DNA from: an uncultured Spirochaetales bacterium
GTDB lineage: Bacteria; Spirochaetota; GWE2-31-10; JAFGQB01
Assembly (NCBI GenBank): GCA_964531405.1
Contig: CAZHHK010000001.1
Span: 913 to 64,912 of the forward strand
Direction: 5' to 3'
Length of the DNA stretch: 64,000 bases
Both the position numbers and the translations under genes were made by a program. Under the pieces are notes generated by a model. That model made no database searches. It had not been told where the DNA came from and saw only the letters and a program-made list of their open reading frames with translations. Position 1 is the stretch's first letter. Each line of letters begins with the position of its first letter. Below are positions 57,413-64,000 of the stretch, piece after piece.

Positions 57413-59248
57413 TTATAATATAGAATTAATACCAGCATAAGCACCTATGGTAATAAATCTTTCCGTTACCCCAAGATCCTTAGGTCTATATCTAATAGAT
57501 AATCTGACAATCTTCTCTTTCTCCATATATTTTAAATCATAAATCGTTATAGGATCGCCTTCGTTTAAATTCAAGTCAATATTATACATGCTGTTAAAAA
57601 TTCCCTTATAAAGCTTTTTTGTAATATACTTCTTGAAAAATCCACCTTTCCCGTAATATTCAAGCCCTATCCCAAAAACAAGAGAGACTATATTGCTTTC
57701 TGTATCTCTTTTAAATACTGTTTCAACGGGTATATATGGCCTTTCCTCAAGTCTTACTACAGTTTTTATAATCTTGTCTTCTCTTTCTATATCTAGATCA
57801 ATTAAACGAGGATAACTCCTCCATGCCAGTAATGATTGGGCATCCTCAATCGTATTAACTCCTGTGCCGTCTATTTTTAATATTTTATCGCCAACCAAAA
57901 TTCCAGCTTTGCTTGCTGGTCCATCGGGAAGTACATAATAAACATTTATTTTGTTCCCTTCTTCATAAATCCCTGCTCCAATCCAGCACCTCTTTACTTC
58001 TCCTCCTTTATACAATGCGGTTATAGTTTTTCTAACCCATTCAAAAGGGATTGCAAAATTAAGATTTTGATAATTGGGAATCCCCGCAAAAACAATACCT
58101 ATAACCTGCCCGCTGTCATCTATCAGTGGTCCTCCGGAGTTTCCGGGGTTTATTGCTGCGTCCACCATGAAGCATCTACCAAGCTGGAAAGCATTTATGT
58201 CTTTATTGGAGATAATGCCCGATGTAGTTGTAAATGAAATACCGAGTGGATTCCCTATTGTAAATATCTTATCCCCCACAGAAACATCTCTTGATCTACC
58301 AAGAGTAAGATAATTTTTGTTTTTATAAGGCACTTTTAATAAAGCTATATCAAATACTTTGTCATATCCAATAACCTGTGCGACCATAGGAGGTCCTTCG
58401 GGTTTTTCTTTAGTAAATACTTTAACCGCTGTATATCCTTCATATTTAGGGTCAACATGATCTGCTATAACATGATGATTGGTTAATATATACCCATTAC
58501 TATCTATAAAAAAACCAGTCCCAAGAGATTTATCATAAAATTTGTAACCATCCTTGACATTCATTCCCTTATCAAGCACAACAACTACAACGGCTTTCAT
58601 AAGTTCATCAAAATTCAATTCTTTATAATTAATCATTTTTGCTTTTAGTGTATTTAACTCTGGATATGTTTTTAATAAATTTGGATATAAATTAGAATAT
58701 TTATCTAATTCATATAAAAAAATATTTTTGGAATTATTATCAGCCTGATACTTTAAAAGATTGTAAACAAAATCATCATCCGCTAATCCTAAATCCGCCA
58801 TTTGTTCTTTTGTGTCTATCCTGGTAAAATTATCAATTGATCCTTCTTGACTTTTTATCAATTGCTCATATATTGATTTTAACGAAATAGATGAATCTTT
58901 TCCTATAGATCTTAGACTTAATGCAAATCTTAACGCTTCTTCATATTTCTTGTTTTCCAAATTTTCATTGATTTTATTATCCATTTTTACAACAAGATCA
59001 TTAATAAAATCAGCACTCTTTTTATAATCATTTGAATCTTTATTAACTTTTTTCAGGTATTTAGATGCTTCGATATATGCCTCAAAAAGATCTATTTTAT
59101 CTTTTGCTAGATTATGTTTAATGTTCTCGATACCCGTGCTGTACTCTAAATTAGAATAATCTATCTGCTCATCTCCAGAAAAATCAAGGCTTTTGCATGA
59201 AAAAAAAACCAACAATATTAAAATAATAAAAGAGAAATATTTATTCAT
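57413..59248 (-). CDS. HtrA/DegP-like trypsin-fold serine protease with PDZ domain, lipoprotein
   Basis: 611 aa; signal/lipobox (LVFFSC); catalytic His (LTNHHV), Asp (DIALL) and Ser (GNSGGPL); PDZ (GDKILKIDGTGV); about 230-aa N-terminal extension. Confidence 0.8.
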   Translation of the reverse strand: MNKYFSFIILILLVFFSCKSLDFSGDEQIDYSNLEYSTGIENIKHNLAKDKIDLFEAYIEASKYLKKVNKDSNDYKKSADFINDLVVKMDNKINENLENKKYEEALRFALSLRSIGKDSSISLKSIYEQLIKSQEGSIDNFTRIDTKEQMADLGLADDDFVYNLLKYQADNNSKNIFLYELDKYSNLYPNLLKTYPELNTLKAKMINYKELNFDELMKAVVVVVLDKGMNVKDGYKFYDKSLGTGFFIDSNGYILTNHHVIADHVDPKYEGYTAVKVFTKEKPEGPPMVAQVIGYDKVFDIALLKVPYKNKNYLTLGRSRDVSVGDKIFTIGNPLGISFTTTSGIISNKDINAFQLGRCFMVDAAINPGNSGGPLIDDSGQVIGIVFAGIPNYQNLNFAIPFEWVRKTITALYKGGEVKRCWIGAGIYEEGNKINVYYVLPDGPASKAGILVGDKILKIDGTGVNTIEDAQSLLAWRSYPRLIDLDIEREDKIIKTVVRLEERPYIPVETVFKRDTESNIVSLVFGIGLEYYGKGGFFKKYITKKLYKGIFNSMYNIDLNLNEGDPITIYDLKYMEKEKIVRLSIRYRPKDLGVTERFITIGAYAGINSIL

Positions 59249-59270
59249 GATTGTTTACCTCATTACTTGT

Positions 59271-61238
59271 CTATTTAGTCAGGTCCAATAAGTAAGGAAT
59301 ATCATTTATAATAATTATTTTATAATTAAAAACATTGGTTTTAATTATACTGTTACTAAAAATATATTTATTACCTTGATAATAAAATATTCCAGATACA
59401 TTCCTTTTATCTTTTATAACAATATCATCCGGAAGTGGAATTTTATCATTTTCCCTCAATGAAATGATGTGCCATTTTCTATTTTTTTTACCTGCATCTT
59501 TATTATATACTTTTAATAGATTTTTTTTATTATTTTCTATTTTATACATTTTTTTTACACCATTTCTTATTTCATACATATAATCGTAAATCCTGTCATA
59601 ATCGATATCAAAATAACATTCGGTATCTTTGTTATTATACTCGTTTATTTTTACTTCATAGATGCCATCAAGATTATAATCCCAATATTTTTCCATTCTA
59701 TCATTAAAATTATACTCCATATAGTCATACAAATTATAACTATCTGTTGTTTTGTACTTTATATAATCTATTTTGCCGTCTTTATATTTTTCATACAATT
59801 CATATATACCGTTTTCATTTAAGTCTTTTAATACTTCATCTATTATCCCATTTTTATAAAATTTTCTTTCTTCAAAAATATTATTACCGTTAAAATCATA
59901 ATCTTTATAAACGATATTTGCATCTGAATACTTGGTATAAATATATACCCTGCCATATTCTTCCTTATGCGAAATAATATTCATATTTTTTTTAAGATCA
60001 AAATCCTTTAAATCTTTTGTCCTTGGAAAATATTTAGAGACAGTAACATAGTATTTATCACTTTTAATATTATTACTATAATTTTCAATAGAATTTAAAG
60101 ACTGATCATTGTAATTAAAAATGTACTTTGTGTAATTAGCATTATTTTTATAGACTATAAAGCTATCGAGCTTCCCGTCATTATAGAATGTTGTTTTATA
60201 TTCATAAATCCCGTCCTGATTTCCATCAAAAATATCACTGATCATTATTCCTTTTTCATATTCAAATTTTTGTTCCCATCTTCCGTCTTCATCATCATCC
60301 AGCATTCTTTCTCCGGAATAATCAAGAAAAGCTCCTTTTAAATTTTTATCCTGGCTTATAATATCAATCAAAGCTTTGCTTCCAAAAAAATCAATTGTAA
60401 GATAATAATTTTGAGCTATTTCGTTCCATTCTGTAAGCAAGGCTACAATCTGTTTCTTATTAAAATTTTTACCTTTAAGTAAGAGGTTATATAAAACCTT
60501 CCTTTTGTATTTAGATGAAATCTCATTAGACGCTTTCAATTTAAAATAATCATCATATACGCCAAAAAGCTCTTTCTGAGAATTATAATATAGTGATCTT
60601 AAAAACAATAATCTTTCTTTTGAGTAATAATTTGATGAGAGTGCATTGTATCCTGCAAGAAAATCTTTTATATTTATTTTACTATATAAAACACCATATA
60701 ACAGCAAATAATAATCAAAATCCAGACTAGCAAACATCTTTTTTGCATCAGCAACAGCCTGTGGAATCATTTTTATAAATTCCGCTCTTTTTGAATAAAA
60801 CAATAATTCTATATAATTATTAAAATCTTCCGCGGTTATTTTTTCTTTAAACGATGAGAGTAAATTAAAAGCTTTTACTCCCTTATCAAAGGATCTAACC
60901 GATTTATAAACCATTGCGGCGTTTTTAACCAGATAATACTTCTCGATAAAATATGAATTGCCAAGATTTTTCAAAATCTTGTCGGCATTCTGCTCTTCCA
61001 GATATCCTTCATAAACAGTTTTATCAAGAATCATGTTGTAAATATAAAATTTTTCAGGGAATATATTTGAGTACTCTGCAGACCTGTCAAGCATATCTTT
61101 CGATGTTTCCAGTTTATTATCATTAAAATAATAATAGGCTTTATCCAAATAGAATCTGGCAAGATCTTTATCTTCAGAATAAAGATTAACAAGAATAAGA
61201 TTGATTACTAAAAAAAAACAAAATTTTCTAAAATACAT
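59271..61238 (-). CDS. Secreted repeat protein (MORN-variant / YwqK-like aromatic-Asp repeats)
   Basis: 655 aa; signal peptide; many iterations of Y/W-x-DG-x-Y...Y-x-NG motifs (GIYEYKTTFYNDGKLD, DGKIDYIKYK, YKNGIIDEV). Confidence 0.45.
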   Translation of the reverse strand: MYFRKFCFFLVINLILVNLYSEDKDLARFYLDKAYYYFNDNKLETSKDMLDRSAEYSNIFPEKFYIYNMILDKTVYEGYLEEQNADKILKNLGNSYFIEKYYLVKNAAMVYKSVRSFDKGVKAFNLLSSFKEKITAEDFNNYIELLFYSKRAEFIKMIPQAVADAKKMFASLDFDYYLLLYGVLYSKINIKDFLAGYNALSSNYYSKERLLFLRSLYYNSQKELFGVYDDYFKLKASNEISSKYKRKVLYNLLLKGKNFNKKQIVALLTEWNEIAQNYYLTIDFFGSKALIDIISQDKNLKGAFLDYSGERMLDDDEDGRWEQKFEYEKGIMISDIFDGNQDGIYEYKTTFYNDGKLDSFIVYKNNANYTKYIFNYNDQSLNSIENYSNNIKSDKYYVTVSKYFPRTKDLKDFDLKKNMNIISHKEEYGRVYIYTKYSDANIVYKDYDFNGNNIFEERKFYKNGIIDEVLKDLNENGIYELYEKYKDGKIDYIKYKTTDSYNLYDYMEYNFNDRMEKYWDYNLDGIYEVKINEYNNKDTECYFDIDYDRIYDYMYEIRNGVKKMYKIENNKKNLLKVYNKDAGKKNRKWHIISLRENDKIPLPDDIVIKDKRNVSGIFYYQGNKYIFSNSIIKTNVFNYKIIIINDIPYLLDLTK

Positions 61239-61293
61239 AAACTTGTTGTATATTTATAAACACTCTTTGTCTTTATTTACGATATCATAAAAT

Positions 61294-62634
61294 TTAGACT
61301 TTACATACTCTTTTAACTTTATTTATCAAATCCAGAGCAGCTTCCTTATTTTTAGCTTCCGCAAATATTCTAATTATCGGCTCTGTGTTACTCTTTCTAA
61401 ACAATACCCATCTGTCATTAAAATCGATTCTTATACCATCCTGAGTATCGATCATCTGATCTTTAAATTCTACTATAATATTCCCAAGGATATTAGAATA
61501 TGCAATTTTTTCTGATGAAATCTTGTCCTTGATCAACACATATTTAGGAAGTTCTTCAACGATCTTTGATAATTGTTTTTTTTCTTTTGCAAGCATCTCT
61601 AATATCAAAGCTATCCCAACAAGAGCATCCCTGCATTTGTTTATGTCCCTTAAAATAACACCGCCATTACCTTCTCCACCAACCTTTGCATTTATCTTCT
61701 CCATCTTTTCGGTTACATTTATCTCTCCCGTAGGCACCCTGTGAACCTTGCATTGATGCCTTTTTGCAATATCCTCTATTATCCTTGAAGTGCTTAAATT
61801 CACAACAACATCACTCTTTTTATGCCGAGCAAGGTAATGTTGAATACATAAAGCCAAAGTTAATTCTTCAGATAAAACCTCTCCATTTTCATCTGCTATA
61901 ACAAGCCTATCGGCATCGGGATCGAGTGCAAAGCCAATATCGGCTTTATTGTTTCTAACTTCTTTTGACAGTTCTTGAAGATGCTCTGGTTTTGGCTCTG
62001 GAGGATGAGCAAACACACCTGTGGGCGCTTCGTTTATTGAAATTACCTCACAGCCGACTCTTGTTAAAAAATCAACCGTGTGTCTTCCTCCAGCCCCATT
62101 TACGCTATCAAGCACAACTTTTAATTTCAGTTTTTGGATTGAGTGTATATCAATAAATTCCATTATTTTTGCAATATGCTTAAGCGGTATATTATCATCA
62201 TTCTGTACTTTACCTATCTTTTTATGAGTAACAAATTTAAATCTTTTACTTTCATACAATTTAGATAATTCATTAAATTCATGATGAGATAAAAATTTTC
62301 CTTTGCCATTCACAAGCTTTAAAGCATTCCACTCCTCAGGATTATGACTGGCTGTTACAATGATTCCCCCTGCAAAATCTCCTTTTAATACTCCAAATAA
62401 AACAACAGGGGTTGGCACAATACCTATATCAACAACATCCCTTCCGCAAAAATTCAAGACGCCTTTTACAATATTTAAAATCATTTCGCCGGTAACCCTT
62501 GAATCTCTGCCAATAAGGATTTTACCCTCTTTTAAAATTGCTGAAAAACTTAAGACATAATCCATTATAACTTGAGGAGTCAGCGAATCGCCGATTATCC
62601 CCCTGATGCCAGAAATCGATGCTTTTAAAGACAT
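61294..62634 (-). CDS. glmM: Phosphoglucosamine mutase / phosphohexomutase (GlmM-like)
   Basis: 446 aa; active-site Ser loop TASHNP; metal-binding DPDADR; sugar-binding GEGNGG. Confidence 0.8.
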   Translation of the reverse strand: MSLKASISGIRGIIGDSLTPQVIMDYVLSFSAILKEGKILIGRDSRVTGEMILNIVKGVLNFCGRDVVDIGIVPTPVVLFGVLKGDFAGGIIVTASHNPEEWNALKLVNGKGKFLSHHEFNELSKLYESKRFKFVTHKKIGKVQNDDNIPLKHIAKIMEFIDIHSIQKLKLKVVLDSVNGAGGRHTVDFLTRVGCEVISINEAPTGVFAHPPEPKPEHLQELSKEVRNNKADIGFALDPDADRLVIADENGEVLSEELTLALCIQHYLARHKKSDVVVNLSTSRIIEDIAKRHQCKVHRVPTGEINVTEKMEKINAKVGGEGNGGVILRDINKCRDALVGIALILEMLAKEKKQLSKIVEELPKYVLIKDKISSEKIAYSNILGNIIVEFKDQMIDTQDGIRIDFNDRWVLFRKSNTEPIIRIFAEAKNKEAALDLINKVKRVCKV

Positions 62635-62649
62635 TTTTACTTCCCCTAG

Positions 62650-64000
62650 TTATTCTTCTTTTTCTTTTTTCTCCTTTAAATCCAGCAAAACATATATATC
62701 TTCGGCTTCAAGTGTTTCTTTCTCAAATAAAGTTTCTGCAAGCTTAATGAGCTTATCCTTATTTTCCAGTAAGATTTTTTTTGCTCTATCATGCTGTTCA
62801 CTGATAATCTTTTTAATTTCACTATCTATTAATTCTGCTGTTTTTTCTGAATAATCTTTATGCGTCGCAATCTCCTTGCCTATAAATATCGGCTCTTCTT
62901 TTTGTCCATAAGTTATGGTACCAAGCTTATCGGACATACCCCATTGAGTAACCATTTTTCTTGCAAGCTCTGTAGCACGGTTTATATCATTTGAAGCGCC
63001 TGTATCAATATCGTCAAAAATAATTTCTTCAGCAACCCTGCCTCCCATTAAAATACATATTTCATCTATAATCTTATTCCTTGAATAATTCAATACATCT
63101 TCATCAGGTAAAAAGCTTGTCAAACCCAGAGCCATCCCTCTTGGTATTACTGTAACCTTATGCAGAGGATCAGAGTTTTCAACCATCAAATTGATTATTG
63201 TATGCCCAGCTTCATGATAAGAGGTGAGTTTTTTTACCCTTGGAGGAATTACCCTTGATTTCCTTGCAACCCCCATTAATACCTTGTCTCTTGCCTCTTC
63301 AAAATCCTCCATAGTTACTTTCTTTTTATTTAATCTTGCAGCAAGCAGTGCCGCTTCGTTAACCATATTTGCAATATCAGCTCCAGTAAAGCCAGGGGTT
63401 GCTTTTGCGAGTTTTTTTAAATCTATTTCTTTTGATAGAACAACCTTTTTAACATGAATCTTGAATATTTCTTCCCTGCCTCTAATGTCTGGTTTATCAA
63501 CGACAACCTGTCTGTCAAATCTTCCTGGTCTCAATAATGCTGGATCCAGTACATCTGGCCTATTGGTTGCCGATATTAAAATTACCCCAATTGTAGGATC
63601 AAACCCATCCATTTCAACCAAAAGTTGATTCAATGTTTGCTCTCTTTCATCATGACCTCCGCCATATCCAGCACCTCTTGTCCTTCCTACTGCATCAAGT
63701 TCATCAATAAAAAGAATACATGGTGCATTTTTCCTGCCAATATCAAACAGGTCTCTCACCCTGGATGCCCCAACACCAACAAACATTTCTACAAAATCGG
63801 ATCCACTCATAAAATAAAAGGATGCATTGGCTTCGCCAGCAACGGCTCTTGCTAAAAGAGTTTTACCTGTTCCTGGAGGACCTACAAGTAGAATACCTTT
63901 AGGAATTTTTGCGCCTATCTGAGTAAATTTTTTTGGATCTTTTAAAAAATCGATCACTTCTTCCAGTTCAACTTTTGCTTCATCGACTCCGGCAACATCA
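62650..64000 (-). CDS. ftsH: ATP-dependent zinc metalloprotease FtsH (C-terminal about 450 aa; 5' end beyond the window)
   Basis: Walker A GPPGTGKT; Walker B ILFIDELD; SRH; HEAGH zinc site. The ORF stays open to the window edge at 64000, so the N-terminal TM region is missing. Confidence 0.9.
   Translation of the reverse strand, partial: DVAGVDEAKVELEEVIDFLKDPKKFTQIGAKIPKGILLVGPPGTGKTLLARAVAGEANASFYFMSGSDFVEMFVGVGASRVRDLFDIGRKNAPCILFIDELDAVGRTRGAGYGGGHDEREQTLNQLLVEMDGFDPTIGVILISATNRPDVLDPALLRPGRFDRQVVVDKPDIRGREEIFKIHVKKVVLSKEIDLKKLAKATPGFTGADIANMVNEAALLAARLNKKKVTMEDFEEARDKVLMGVARKSRVIPPRVKKLTSYHEAGHTIINLMVENSDPLHKVTVIPRGMALGLTSFLPDEDVLNYSRNKIIDEICILMGGRVAEEIIFDDIDTGASNDINRATELARKMVTQWGMSDKLGTITYGQKEEPIFIGKEIATHKDYSEKTAELIDSEIKKIISEQHDRAKKILLENKDKLIKLAETLFEKETLEAEDIYVLLDLKEKKEKEE

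Noticed and set aside
1-64000. CRISPR array, tRNA/rRNA genes, or a transposase/integrase-bounded mobile element anywhere in the window
   Set aside because: No regularly spaced direct repeats, no tRNA-like GC-rich 75-nt cloverleaf candidates, and no recombinase-like ORFs were seen. The intergenic regions are short and AT-rich, apart from the hairpins listed above.

Overview
This is a 64 kb chromosomal window, visibly AT-rich and densely packed with about 55 genes. The proteins are rich in K, N and I. No rRNA, tRNA, CRISPR array, transposase or integrase was recognised. GC content was not computed.

Housekeeping genes include lnt, proC, tag, tyrA, trpCF, dCMP deaminase, glgX, an RluA-family pseudouridine synthase, an HrpB-like DEAH helicase, YgiQ radical SAM, leuCD, glmM and ftsH (5' truncated at the window end). 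Lnt and several lipoproteins point to a diderm bacterium. Several families usually associated with archaea or thermophiles sit among them: an XPB/ERCC3-type helicase with the RED motif, a GH133 amylo-1,6-glucosidase, a PDO-type protein with two CxxC motifs, and an EndoQ/COG1379-like PHP plus Zn-ribbon domain. The organism cannot be named from this window.

The most unusual locus is 32526-37655. A RecD-like SF1 helicase is followed, in the same reading frame and separated only by TAG-GAG-TAA, by a fusion protein of about 1050 aa. That fusion has an N-terminal PHP phosphoesterase and Zn-ribbon (EndoQ-like) joined to a complete UvrD/PcrA-type helicase. Its conserved N-terminus can only be reached from a non-AUG start. 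This is a candidate uncharacterised two-helicase nuclease machine, either a RecBCD/AddAB analogue or a defence/repair module.

Other notable items:
- an XPB-like helicase translationally coupled to a 490-aa unknown partner (Bax1-like position)
- a sulfur-carrier operon (Rrf2, MetY, ThiS-like, ThiF-like, CysK, LarE-like, MnmA) with a promoter and operator palindrome
- a consensus promoter lying inside the ORF-track start of the RecD-like gene, implying a leaderless mRNA
- a 21-bp perfect palindrome in front of the PDO gene
- a structured element on the minus strand at 23778-23884
- a decayed chimeric gene remnant at 55563-55838
- an 860-aa orphan protein with no recognisable motif
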